From positions 3,720,001 through 3,784,000 of the forward strand of contig CM022672.1 in the NCBI GenBank assembly GCA_012295275.1: DNA of 64,000 bases, written 5' to 3'. Origin of the DNA: Chrysomallon squamiferum (Eukaryota > Animalia > Mollusca). The stretch's first letter is position 1; each line of letters opens with the position of its first letter. Shown in pieces: positions 15,209 through 27,769 of the stretch. The notes below the pieces were generated by a model. It made no database searches and was not told where the DNA came from. It saw only the letters and a list, made by a program, of their open reading frames with translations. The position numbers and the translations under genes were made by a program.

Positions 15209-18200
15209 CTGTGTGTATGTGTGTGTGTGTATATGTGTGTTGTGTGTTGTGTGTGTGTGTCATATAATTCTCTGAACATCTACAATAGATGGCTTTTTTA
15301 TTATTATTATTAAAGTATAGTATTTAAAAAAAAAAACAATAAAAAAAAAGCAATTAATTTTATTTGACTTTTTTTCATTGCAGTTTCTGATATTTGTAAG
15401 AAAAAAATCCATATTCTGAGAAAATAAACTGACAGCTTTACAAAATGACTTTCTGAGAAACAATGGACTGCATCTCAGTCTGGCATGAAAAAAACCTTTC
15501 TATTAATTAAATCCTCTTTAACAGGGTTCACATTTGATAGCTTTCTGCTGCGATCACAATGCACTGATATATTATTATCTATGTAAGACATTTCCTTTAG
15601 TTTTCTCTTCTTTTTTTCTTCTGAAATGTGCAACAGTTCATTTGCCAAGTATAGGCTTGATCTGATAAAACTATGTATAAATGCAGTGAGAAGAGAAAAA
15701 GTGAGTGTTGGCATATGACAGATCATCACTCATGCATTTAAAACCTGATTTGAAAAGAATTGGAGTTAGCTCTGTGATAGAAGTAGCAACTTTTTATATT
15801 TTTTTTAGACTTGGTTCATGTATAATGCTGAATTGTAGGCTTTGGGATTCATAGGAATAAAAAAAAATTAAAAGTCAATATTGAAACTAGATAGTTGAAG
15901 TCAGCTTTCATCACTTTCCAGTTACGAAAAATGGTAGACTCTTCAGTTACTGAAGGTACAAAATTTTCATGTGAAGAGAAAAGTCGTGTGAACTTACCAA
16001 GGAAGTTGTGTTCTGGTTGTGGTGCAGATTACTGGAAGAGTTCATAACACAGTGGCTTGTTTTAAAAGTGCAGAGGACATCATCATGTGACTGAATGTTC
16101 AGGCTGTGGCAGTTTTACTTTATAAATCTGAGACACTTTCATGTGTTTCAAATTAGCCGTTTTATGCTTTCACAAGCTGATTTGGTTATTAAATGCAGTT
16201 AATTTTGTTTTCATCATTTTTGGTCATAAAAGTTTGATATTAGAAAACATTGTATTATTTACAGTAAAAAGAAAGTACTATTTAGATGAACTAAAACTGT
16301 CTACAAGTGATTCTTGACATTGTATTTTAAACATATCATTAGAAGTTTCAAAAGAAGATTTCTGTTTTGTTTTAGGATTTTGAAAAAAAAAAAAAAACAA
16401 GCAAAAAAATCCCCCCAAAAAACAGTCTGTGATAAGGTTAAAAACAAGAATGGTAAACAACAGTTCAGTTTCAGGTTTCACAAACAGTATAGAATTTTGG
16501 GGTGTTTATGATTTTGTTTTCTACGCCATTTTCATTCTCACAGCCGCAGTCATTGTGTTTGGCAACGTCCTCATCATCATTGCAACAAGCCGCTTTAAAA
16601 TGCTCCACAGTGCCAACAACATCATGGTAGCATCATTGGCACTGAGTGACCTTCTGATCGGAGCAGTCTACTTGCCGATGAAGCTGGCTATCTCAGCAAA
16701 AGGCTCGTTTATTTTGAGTAAAAATCTCTGTCTGTTGAACATCACCATTTCATTCTTCTGCGTTGGACTGGCCATGACTTCTCTTTCCATGTTGTCCATT
16801 GAGCGTTTTTATGCTGTTCAGTTTCCTTTCCATTATCACACACACATGACTGTCACTCGGAGTCTGGTGTGGAGTGCAAATACTCTGTTTGCAATTCTTA
16901 TCATAGTAATGCCAATATTTTGTGGAATTGATTCATGGACAGAAGAGAAAGATTGTCTCAATTTCCAAATCTTGCCATTTTACTACATCTGCGCTGTTGG
17001 TTTTGTTATGTTCGCCATTCTCTTGTGTGGGTTTCTTTCTTTCATCCGAGTCCTTGTAGCAGAAATTCATGTCCGGAGACAAAACCGGACTCAAAACGTA
17101 ATGACTACTCGACATTACGATTCAGTGAAGTGCACTCTGATGCTCTTTGTTTATGTGTTTTCCATCACGTGTTGGATCCCTCAGATCATTTCTGTCATCG
17201 TCTTGGCTGTCCATCCTGAAGACAGCAACATTCTGGTAACAACGGTGGTTTCAGTTATAGCACTGTGCAGCTCTGGAGTTAACTGTTTCATTTACGGGCT
17301 GAAAAACAGCAAGTTTAGAGAAGCTTTCAGGAAAATGTTTGGTATGAAAGTTTCACCGACTACTGATGTTTCTTCAGATTCAGGTGCAAGTGCTGTGGCT
17401 CAGGTCATCAGAACATCGAACCTGACACTGACTGTGGTGGCATCCTCTTCTTGCTCTCTGCAAACGACCGAAAAAACTGAAAAAAACTGAAAAACGGAAA
17501 CGTAAAATGTCTGACAATACTTCAAGTTCTGGTAGCACTGGGGAGATGGTGTTTGATATGATTTGAACTGTTGCACTGCCAATTTTGAAATTACCATAGA
17601 TTTATTATCTCTTTTAAATACAAAGGAATAAAACTAACATATAAGAAAGACACAACACAAAAGAAATGTGAGAAAGAAAAAAAACTAAATCACTAGAAGA
17701 TCAGATGTTTTGAAAATTGAACAGGATCATTCTCCAAAATTGTAGTGATGTGTCTAATCAGTTTGTCTAAATAATATTTTTAATCAAATACCAAGGTGAT
17801 ACATTTTTCTACCAGTGGGACAAATGATTATAAAGCATCTCACACTGGCCCTAAGACTAATACAGAATTTCTTGATATGTATTTATGTTCTGTTTGTTCA
17901 TGTCTGAGATGCTAAGTCTGAAAGCAAATATTTATGAAACTGGTAAGTGTATTAAAACAGTGCATTAAATCAGGGGTTGTCGAATTTTTTTTTAATCTCT
18001 CTACCCCTTTGAAGATGCCATAAAAATACTGATATTAAATATTTTTTAAATCTGTTTTTATGAAGCATTTTTCAATAGAAATGATAAAGGTGTTGTATGA
18101 ACAGTATTTAAAAAAATGCACAGAGCACGTAAAAATGTAACTGAGCCAAATCTGATGTATTACCAGATTGAACTAAATATCATGCAAACCAAATGTAGAA

Positions 18201-19519
18201 AAATAATGAAAAGACTATTAAATAAATACTGTTCTTTTGTTTTGTTTTTTCACAATGTTCTAGAATCAGATTTCTGTTTTTATATTGAATTCATTGGATT
18301 AATTCATATTTTAATATTTATTGCATTAATTAATTTTGCTGTATTTTTTATTTATTTACTTAAGTACTTACTGAATTAGTTAATTTCAGCTGGTTATTCA
18401 ATGCATAGAACTGATTCTTTTTATTGTTATCATATGCATTAATATAAATACTTTTTACATCTGAATAATTATTTGATTATTTTTGTTTTGTTGTTTTGTT
18501 TTATTTTGTTTTTAGGTGTCAACTATAATATTTTCTAATGACAGTGTGATATAAATAATCTTCTGCTACAAAACATTGTTGTTAGAAGTTAAAAAGAATA
18601 CTGATCCACCAAAGAACAAACACTGGCTGAAACAGAAAACACCACAAAGCTTTTCCCCAGGGGAATAGTCCAAGTCATCCATCACTCACCCATTTTGTGT
18701 GCGTCTGCTTTGATGAAAAATATATTTTTGTTATAATTGTCTTACAAAAAGGAAAACAAAAGTAGACCAAAAGCAAACAGAAAGAAAAAAAATGAAGTAA
18801 ATAAAAATATAAATAAATAAATAAAAAAAATAAATAAAAAAAATAAAAATAAAAATACATAACATAAATAAATAAAAAAATTAAAATAAAAAATCTATAA
18901 TAAATATAATAACAAAAAAATAAAATAATAATAATAACAGTAAGTAAAAATTACTTATTAACAAATATTTCATCAAACATTTATACAGGCATCGTGCATG
19001 TTCATAAAAACTACATTACATGGAAGAATGAATTCCTTCTGCTTTGTCAAAGACTAGTTTTTCCTAATTAACAACTAAAAATCTTTTATATACATGATAT
19101 CAGAAAGAATAATACTTATTATCTTCTGTGGAACACTTGCTGGAATGGGAAATGCCATTTCTAAACTAACGAGAATTTTAATCATCTTTCAGAAACTGTT
19201 TTTCTTTATTGTCTTTCTTTGACAAGTGAGTATGTTTTGGTTTCTTTTCAGAATAACATTTTTGTCATCACAGAATGGATATATAATGATATCAGCTCAA
19301 CAAAAATTAGGTAAGTGTTTGATATTAAATATCTGTGTTGTGTTAATAGAAACTTAGAAAAGGTAGCATGAGGCTTGCAGAGTATTATGTTACATATTTG
19401 TTAAAATTTAATTTTAACTTGGTTTTATTTATTGTTTTAGTTTGTAAGAAATTTGAAGAAAAAAAATGTTTTTGTTAAAACAAAAATATATATCATGTAG
19501 AATAATGTTGTTGTTGTTG

Positions 19520-19569
<50 letters not shown>

Positions 19570-19676
19570 TCTGCAGGAGAGCTTTGAGAAGAAGAGAAAG
19601 TGTAAAGTATTTGGTTCAAGATTCTGTAATAGATTACATACGCAAACATCAACTGTATGGAGTCACAGACAAGTAA
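4277..19676 (+). CDS. NMNAT: Nicotinamide/nicotinate mononucleotide adenylyltransferase (NMNAT1/3-like), 5'-partial; exons 4277-4425, 13478-13599, 14062-14163, 19252-19310, 19577-19676 (short isoform)
   Basis: Hand-spliced GT-AG exons with consistent phases translate to (R)[23 protein letters not shown]...SKRRKK... / ...[25 protein letters not shown] / [34 protein letters not shown] / [20 protein letters not shown] / [50 protein letters not shown] and SVKYL...YI..H.LY are NMNAT hallmarks. The N-terminal GSFNP/HxxH exons were not found and presumably lie upstream of the window. Confidence 0.95.
4793..4989. repeat. (GA)n / GGGA purine microsatellite
   Basis: Direct reading. Confidence 0.95.
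5371..5640. repeat. Degenerate 21-bp minisatellite (consensus near TAGACTGAAATGTTCATACTG), about 12 units
   Basis: Visible periodicity, e.g. tacactgaaatgttcatactg-tagaatgaagtgttcatattg-tagaatgaagtgtttatacag. Confidence 0.8.
6570..6894. mobile_element. 325-bp non-autonomous Tc1/mariner-pogo (Tigger-like) MITE
   Basis: TA target-site duplication at 6568-6569 and 6895-6896; imperfect TIRs CAGGCTGATAATCTTTTATCCAAAAT and ATTTCAGATAATGGATTCTCAACCTG; internal GGATTTT subterminal repeats. Confidence 0.85.
7237..7330. repeat. 31-bp tandem repeat x3 (atcaatgaataaat.tatgtcttaatactta)
   Basis: Direct reading; a further diverged copy lies near 7420. Confidence 0.75.
9165..9565. repeat. Compound (GT)/(GTAT)/(TA)/(CA) microsatellite
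   Basis: Direct reading. Confidence 0.9.
12640..12845 (+). mobile_element. Decayed dispersed (SINE-like) repeat, copy A
   Basis: aggaaacctg...gattagtagcaagggaactgttatatccaccttcccataaacagg resembles the blocks at about 46915-47030 and 19020-19155. Confidence 0.5.
13357..13439. repeat. (CT)n microsatellite just upstream of the NMNAT exon 13478 acceptor
   Basis: Direct reading. Confidence 0.95.
16450..17490 (+). CDS. Intronless orphan rhodopsin-like (class A) GPCR nested in an NMNAT intron
   Basis: Seven hydrophobic segments, TM1 GN, TM2 LALSD, TM3 C...ERF, TM6 CWIP, TM7 NCFIY, helix 8 [10 protein letters not shown]-terminal sequon NNS. First ATG is at 16450 (the track ORF starts at GTG 16429). 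Ser at 3.32 (not aminergic) and Leu at 7.43 (not an opsin). Confidence 0.92.
   Translation: MVNNSSVSGFTNSIEFWGVYDFVFYAIFILTAAVIVFGNVLIIIATSRFKMLHSANNIMVASLALSDLLIGAVYLPMKLAISAKGSFILSKNLCLLNITISFFCVGLAMTSLSMLSIERFYAVQFPFHYHTHMTVTRSLVWSANTLFAILIIVMPIFCGIDSWTEEKDCLNFQILPFYYICAVGFVMFAILLCGFLSFIRVLVAEIHVRRQNRTQNVMTTRHYDSVKCTLMLFVYVFSITCWIPQIISVIVLAVHPEDSNILVTTVVSVIALCSSGVNCFIYGLKNSKFREAFRKMFGMKVSPTTDVSSDSGASAVAQVIRTSNLTLTVVASSSCSLQTTEKTEKN
19020..19155 (+). mobile_element. Decayed dispersed (SINE-like) repeat, copy B
   Basis: actagtttttcctaattaacaactaaaaatcttttatatacatg...tgtggaacacttgctggaatgggaaat; weakly similar to copies A and C. Confidence 0.35.
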
Positions 19677-19761
19677 GACAACTCTTATTATCTTGTTAGA
19701 GTTGTCTCTCTTCTTTTTTGCATTAGAATTGTCTCCCTGCATGATTAGAAGCTACATTTAC

Positions 19762-19803
<42 letters not shown>

Positions 19804-20691
19804 ATCAATTAATGTCTATTATTTATATATTGTGTGTATATTTTGTGATATTTTCAGTTCATACCATTATTAAAATTTTATATGTTTAATAATAGTAATT
19901 TACAAGGATTGTTTGTAATCATATTATTACCATTACAAGTGCCAGTTTTCTCAGGGTTTTTCATGTCCGTTTTGTGTTGTAAATTTTATTTCCTTGCTTT
20001 TTACTTTTTATCTGTTTTATTTTTTGTTTTCTTCAGACATCATCTTCAAACCAGTTTTAAGAGTTCTTGATCAATATCTTTGACAACTGACAAGAGTGAA
20101 GAAAAAAAATACAATCAGATAATAATAATAGTAGTAATAAAATAAATAAATAAACAAATAAAGTAAAATGAAGTGAAATGAAGTTAAATAATGAAATAAA
20201 ATTAAAAAAAAAAGAATCAAGAAATGAGAATTCAATTGCTGTAGTGAATCACTCCCTTAACTTTACATAGACTCTGGATTGTAAATAATGTAATGAGTTG
20301 TATATATGGAATATGGGTTATTACATTTTTTGTCATTGCATCTTCTCCCCTGTTGTATATTTCTTGTACATTGGTTTATGGATAGCCCCCCTTTTTTCCC
20401 ACATTAAAATATGTTTAATATTTTGTTGAGTATTGTACACAGTATGATATTTATCTTATTTTGTATTATTGTGATTATTATTGTTGTGTTTGTTATTTGA
20501 GTTTTATATGTTGTTTTGGTGTTATTAACTGGTTGGTGTTGATATTAATTTGTTACATTCTGTTGTGTTTTTAAATAGTTTTTATTCTATAATGTAACAG
20601 TTTTATTATTTTGAAATCCAATGAGAAAAAAAGAAAAGAAAGGAGGATGTAGAAAAAAATTATTAATAATAATAATAATAATAGTAATAAA

Positions 20692-20746
<55 letters not shown>

Positions 20747-20772
20747 TCATAATTATTAATATTGTATTCAGC

Positions 20773-20819
<47 letters not shown>

Positions 20820-21913
20820 CAACATTATAATCATCATTGTCATCGTTATCAACATTGTTATTGTTGTGGTTGTTGTTTTGTTGCTATGCTTTTAATTTTA
20901 TGCATTATTCATTGTTAAGAAAATTAACAACTAAAATGATCATAATGTGAAATTACATTAAATGCTTTACAGAGAAAAAAAAAAAAATATATTTTCATAC
21001 AATATACTTTATACTAATATTGTCAAATGTAAAATAGTACAGTAGTTACAACATGTCATGTAGCCCTTGTAAAAGTACATTATAACATATTAAAGTTCGA
21101 CAGATTAAAAGTAATCTAATAGAATTAAATGAAATATATTTTATACTTTTGTTTTGTTGTATTCTATTTCCTTTTTGTTATCTAAATGAACAAAAGACGT
21201 TGTTGACATCACAGATAATTAAAATATATTTTGATACCAATGAAAAAGAAAAATATCTGGTGTGTCATTTTGTTCTGAACACTGGATTTAACAGTAAGCT
21301 ATATAAAGCATTAGTTATATATGCAGTTTAATGAATCATTTTGTTTGAAAAAGCAGGATGCTGTTACCAAACACAATATGTTCTACTTTTACTCTGCTCT
21401 AAGAAAACTATACCAGATTATATTCTTTCGTTCTGTTTCTTTTGCAAGTTGTTACGAAAAACAAAACAAAAAAAAGTAAAAACATTAAGTGAAGTATTGC
21501 GTAGACTTCATATGTACCCTAATTATTATATCACTGAAGAAATAAACTGTATCCTTTCTGTGAGTTAAACTTTAGCAGCATGAGAAACTTTGTAAATATA
21601 CAACCAATCGTATGAACTAACATACAAAGAGTTTTTCATAAATGAATTGTAGGCCAAAGGCTGAAACGGTAAACAGCACAATGTCATAGCAACGATTAAT
21701 TTTGCTCTTTATCAGTTTGTCTGCGGTTTTGGCTGTTAGGATGAGGGCCAGTTATGAATAAGTCCTGCCAATAAAATAGATTAAACTATTACACAGACAC
21801 AGGACAAATAATAATAATAAAATAAAATACTATACATGTTTGTTTACAGTTTGAATCTTTCAAACGAGACGAGAAAGATCTCTTGACTCTGTTGATTATT
21901 CTGAAACAAAAAT

Positions 21914-21960
<47 letters not shown>

Positions 21961-23523
21961 CATTCCAACACATTTTTATAAGATCAAATAAATGTTTGCA
22001 GATCATTGAAAAACAATTAAATAAATAAACCTACGAAAACCCAGTAAACCTACTTTTTGTAACAGATTACTTACATTAACATCATTGCAATATTCATTAC
22101 TTAATGGAGATGAGACAAAAGCAAGCTTAAAGCATTCGTGTTTATGCGCGTGTAGAGTACACACACATTGTTTTATGTTATACGTTTAATTTAAGACCAT
22201 GCATTCAATAAAATCAATTCAAAGCATTATACAACACTCTCTTAATTCTCCTGTACAAAAAGTAATAATTGATTAATGAAAAAAAATACCATTTGAGTGA
22301 ATTAGGTTTTAATAGTGTAAAAAACAACAACAAAAAAAGAAACAAAAACAAAACAACAACAAACAAACAAACAAACAAGAAAAAACAACGACAATAATGT
22401 ATTTTGATAACACATTATATCTGAATTTAACCTGTTGGATACTGGATTACAAATTTTGTTAATGCTGTTGGAAAATGACAAATTTACCGATTCATTTGTT
22501 TACAGATTAAAAATAACAATACATAAACACTCTTTGGATAACATTTCCGCTGATCTTTAAAAAAAGACTGAAGGTCGTTAAAACGTATAGACAGAGTTAG
22601 TACTTACATCAGAATTTCTACCAATGCAGAATTTAAAAAAAAATAAAAATAAAAGAAAGAATTAGCTGAATTGGTCATGATGTTACACAGTAAGTGAAGC
22701 AACTGTACTTATAGAAAACAGAATGCAACTTAAGGTATAACTAATTCTACAGTATAATTATATTCTTTCGTTAATGTCATTAAAATTGTCAAACAAATCA
22801 TTAAACCTGCAAATGAACATTTTATTTACAAGCAGGCATTAATCGTGATTGGCGAAAAATAAAACGAAAATCTTCGACAGCGTTCATGGAAAATCATAAA
22901 ATATAAAAAGAGTTAAAAATAAATAAAACTCTTAATAAGGTAATATGCTGAATTACATGTTTTAAAATAAATGTCCACACAAAATTGTCTTTTCAAGAAA
23001 TAAAACACTGAACACATTATTATTTCGCTTGCTTTTATTCTGAGACTGCTCTCAGACAAAATCCCACTACTTGTCAAAAGCTTCCAGTAAAATATAAAAC
23101 TATAGTTAGAAACAAATACATAATACCATAATATACTCTTGATTTAAAACAAAGCTGAAATCAAGACTTCCCAAACGAAAGAGTAGATCAGTATTTTAGA
23201 TAAATGAAGATACATATTCCTCAGTCACCGATATTTTTCTTTCATTCTTATTGCTCTTAAGTTGTCTATCGTCCTACCACCAGTACCAACACTATTATTA
23301 CTATTACTATTATTACTACCACTACTAATACTACTAATACGACTATAGTAAACACTTCCATTTGATATCCATTATAACTTAAATACGGCGAATTGTTATG
23401 AGAAAAAAAACATTTGAATTACCTTACAGTATATAGAACGCATGCTCATTATGCATTTTTGGATTAATAATTTAGGTGTAATTCTATATAATTTGATATA
23501 TGTGAAATAGAAATAAAGTCTTG

Positions 23524-23554
<31 letters not shown>

Positions 23555-23744
23555 GATAATGATAATAATAATTAAAAAATTTCAAGTTACATTTGCATGC
23601 TTACTAAAAACAGATGACCAAAATAAAATAAAAGAACAACATGTATTTATATATTTATTTTTATCACGACGTAAGTACAGTTTAATAATGTTAAATGATT
23701 CAATTTAATTCTCATGTTTTTGTTTCTGCTTTCCTGGAATTCAG

Positions 23745-24081
23745 TAAGTACATCAACCACATCGTCCCGTCACCAAACACGGAAAACTACGAGGATTCGT
23801 CGGAAATGGAAAATCACGAAAATTCGACGAGAAGAACAACGTCATTAGTGTCACCAACCGGCTCCAACATCCTCCTCCTCTCTTCCAAAATGAGTCCAGA
23901 AGAAAAGTTGTCGACGACGTGGTCTGATGATAAACTGGTGTCGTCTCCAGCGAGGATGCTCAACAGCAACACAAGTCCTTGCTTGACTCCGCGAAAATCT
24001 CAGTGTTTGTCCGAGATCGGGATGTTAGTTCGGAGAGTGAGGAACGTTCGGCTTTCCTTCACGCCAGAGACGTGTGTATGA
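23745..24081 (+). CDS. NMNAT: Candidate alternative terminal exon of NMNAT (Ser/Thr/Pro-rich tail of about 112 aa ending ETCV)
   Basis: Polypyrimidine tract and CAG acceptor at 23742-23744. Phase 2 matches the donor AA|GTAAGA at 19672/19673, giving ...GVTDN-KYINHIVPSP...FTPETCV*. The exon is an open, GC-richer island in otherwise AT-rich sequence. Confidence 0.7.
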
Positions 24082-24145
24082 CGTCACCAGAAAGAGTTTC
24101 ACTAATTCCGTCTTCTGCTTTCTTTCAGGATAGGTTCAGGATAGG

Positions 24146-24256
<111 letters not shown>

Positions 24257-25085
24257 TATCCTGTCTCCTGCGAACAAAATTTTAGTTATTGTTATTATGT
24301 ATTATGGTCATTTAATCTTTATTTATTTATTTATTTTGCATTGGTGATTAATTAACTCTCTGCTGTTTGATAATATAAATGAAAACTGAGAATTGCTGCT
24401 CTGATTTGATGTAATACCAAATGCAATATAAATTATGCATTGCAAATTCACTGAAGTCACAACTGCTGTTGCAGTCGACTTTATTTTCCATATTATTTTT
24501 ATTTAATTAATATGCTTCAGTATTAATATTTAAAAAAATATATATTAATTATAAATATAACAATGTCAGCATATTTTTATAACTAACGTTCCTTTAGGTC
24601 GAAGAAGAAACAAGTAAGAAAAAAACCTTATTAAAAATAATGGTGGTTTGTGATTACTATAGTTAGAAAAAGCTCATATATGATAATCGTTTGGTAGTGT
24701 ATTGCAGGTGAATATCATTATGTTATAAATGTCCATCAAGTTATATTTTAACATCTTCGAAAAAATACTATCTAAGCACATTAAAACATGTATTTTGACA
24801 ATCTTGCCACCCGCCTCTTTTAATATAACCGAAGAAAAATATGCTACTGTCATTTGCAACAACAGCAACGATAAATAAATAAATAAACAAACAAATGTAC
24901 TGTTACATTTGGTAGGTAATTAAGAAAAAACAACCGCAGAACAAACATGCACGCACACACACACACACACACACACACAGACAAAACCAGAAAAAAAAAG
25001 AAACAAAAAATTCTTCTACCTAAAGAGACGTAACTAACTGTGTATGAACATCACAAATTCTATTTGTCACTTTCCTTTCAGTTTC

Positions 25086-25247
25086 TAAAACGTCGTTAAT
25101 GACATTAGAATTATATCCTGTACAGGTTATTGATCTACTTCATTCATTCTGTTTTGAACCGATAAATAAAACGTCGTTAATGACATTAGAATTATATCCT
25201 GTACAGGTTATTGATCTACTTCATTCATTCTGTTTTGAACCGATAAA
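25086..25247. repeat. Exact 81-bp tandem duplication
   Basis: taaaacgtcgttaatgacattagaattatatcctgtacagg...gaaccgataaa occurs twice, at 25086 and 25167. Confidence 0.95.
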
Positions 25248-25327
25248 TATATCAGTACACTGCGTCTTTCAGAATACATTTATATGTATTTGTATATATT
25301 TAATGGTTTCATTTTTGGATTGTGTGT

Positions 25328-25740
25328 GTGTTTGTTTATTTGTTTGTTTATTATAACTCTAGGTATGTATTTTCATTACTGATATTACCAAATGTTAGAC
25401 TGCTTTGTTTGTTTGTTTATTTGTTTGTTGATTATAACTGTAGGTACGTATTTTCATTACGGATGTTATCAACTGTTAGACTGCATTGTTTGTTTGTTTA
25501 TTTGTTTGTTTATTATAGCTGTAGGTGTGTGTTTTCATTATTGATATTACCAGCTGTTAGACTGCATTGTTTGTTTGTTTATTTGTTTGTTTATTATAGC
25601 TGTAGGTATGTATTTTCATCATTGATATTACCAGCTGTTAGACTGCATTGTTTGTTTGTTTATTTGTTTGTTTATTACAGCTGTAGGTGTGTGTTTTCAT
25701 CATTGATATTACCAGCTGTTAGACTGCATTGTTTGTTTGT
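25328..25740. repeat. 81-bp minisatellite, about 5 units
   Basis: Unit tgtttgtttgtttatttgtttgtttattatagctgtaggtgtgtgttttcattattgatattaccagctgttagactgcat; it produces the 27-aa periodic spurious ORF 25322-25777. Confidence 0.95.
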
Positions 25741-27075
25741 AACTGCTGTCGACAAGGCATACTTCTTCCGTGGCTGAATCAACTGTTGAGTATTTGCTGA
25801 TAAAATTACAAAGAGACACCAAAGAAAAATATAGCAACGTAAATTATTTATATAGACGTTTATTTGCATACAAACGAGTGTATAAGATTAGAACATCATT
25901 AAGATTGTGCGAGTCCTGTACAGTCTGTAGATTGATTAGTCACGTTAAAGTGTATTTATTTTTTAAACTTGTTTTACAGACACACACACACACACACATA
26001 TATACACACGTTGTCTTTTTACTGAATTTGAAAATAATTTATTATTTTTAGTAAAGAAAAATTGGTTTTGAAAATTGACTAATCACGTGTATGGTAAGTT
26101 GTTATGAAAAATGTATAAAATAAAATACATTTACTAATAAATCAAATTAATGACTGAAAATTAATTAACAGATGCTATGATTAGTAGAGAAATTGGGTGA
26201 CTATAAATAGAACACGCAGATTAGTGAGAGGAGAACCTATTTTGATAGAATAATATCTACGTTATAGTACTGTCTGTTTTATTTGTTTTTTTCTGTTTTT
26301 TTTTTGATAGGTTTAAAAACTGTTATCGAAATTATTATTGTTGTTGTTGTTGCTGTTGTTACTGTTGTTGGAGTCGTAATCATTGTTGCTGATACCGTTG
26401 TCGTCGTGGCTGCTGCTATTTTTATTAGACTGGTCCTGTTACTAGTTCTGTACATCACAGAAACTTGTTTTATATTTATCACCTAAAACTGTTTCATATC
26501 TTGGTTTTCTTTACAAAATACACGTAATTTAAAATATTTACTTTGTACCAAAATATCACCATGTTACAGATGTTTTTATTTATTTATATACACATTGTAA
26601 GTATATTTATGAGTGTATTTATTTGTTACCAGGTAACTGATTTTGGACTAAAAACTGGAAACCTTGCCATCTTGTTTCTTAATATCCTGTATCTTTATTC
26701 AGTTGGCATACTTTTCCTCTTAATTCGATTTTATATGTGTCTGTATATATATATATATACATATATTTCACAGATTCATAAAATACAATTGCTTCTTAGA
26801 TTTTTATACCAGTTTTATATAAATGTCTCTAACAACTTCGTAGGTATGCTCCTTGCTTAATGTTTTGTATGTTATATGCGTTTATGTATTGATTATTGTG
26901 TATCTACCTCATTTGCTAAGAATAAACTGCTTGTGTATATGGGTGTAGATAAGCTTAGAATTAAGCAGAAATTAATAAAATTTTGACTTTGACATGAATG
27001 GTGCTTATTCAAAGCTTTATACCAAACGTCGAACTGTTGACACCATTTGACGATTCTTATGAACGTATTGGTTTT

Positions 27076-27127
<52 letters not shown>

Positions 27128-27686
27128 ATGTATGACCATCAGGTACAAATCCTCATATGTGTATATATATTTACCTTGTACAATAAACAGATCACAATAC
27201 AATGTTCGTCTTATTATTTACTGATCCATTGCAAAATGTAATAATGTAATATTAATTCATAAGTATAGCTCAGTTTCTTCTGTATTCTACCACTTCTTCT
27301 TTCTTTCTTTTTTCTGCTACTTGTTGTTGCTGTGATATAACATTTTACAATTATTAAGCCTGCATTAGGCAACCCGTAATTACTTTGTCTGAAAACTGCG
27401 TGCTGTGCAGTGGAACGTCCATTTACAGATATCTACAGGATAGTCTAGTTTATTAATATCTGTATAAGTAAACCAAAAACAACATCAAATCCATTACACC
27501 GTGCTGGTGTATTATCTAAGAGTTTTATCTATTAACAAAAAGTAATTTTAAATTAGTTATTTTAAATTAGTTATTTAAGTTGTGGAGTAATCGATGAACT
27601 GCCGATGGTTTATTGCTAGTCTAGTACATCCACGGTTACCTCCCTTGGTTCGAAGGATTTTTTGTAAAAGTTGTGTTAATGTTACA

Positions 27687-27769
<83 letters not shown>

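Noticed and set aside
16376-16449. Possible NMNAT-GPCR fusion through the acceptor ttttag|G at 16375/16376
   Set aside because: 74 nt to the ATG is out of frame with the phase-0 NMNAT donor and meets a TGA; a fusion would need a homopolymer error. More likely a UTR acceptor or chance.
16450-17490. Assignment of the nested GPCR or its paralogue as an opsin or biogenic-amine receptor
   Set aside because: No Lys at 7.43 and no Asp at 3.32, so both are left as orphans.
25322-25777. 151-aa periodic ORF / CRISPR-like regular array
   Set aside because: Contiguous 81-bp minisatellite with no unique spacers and no cas genes, in a eukaryotic context; the ORF is open only because the unit is a multiple of 3.
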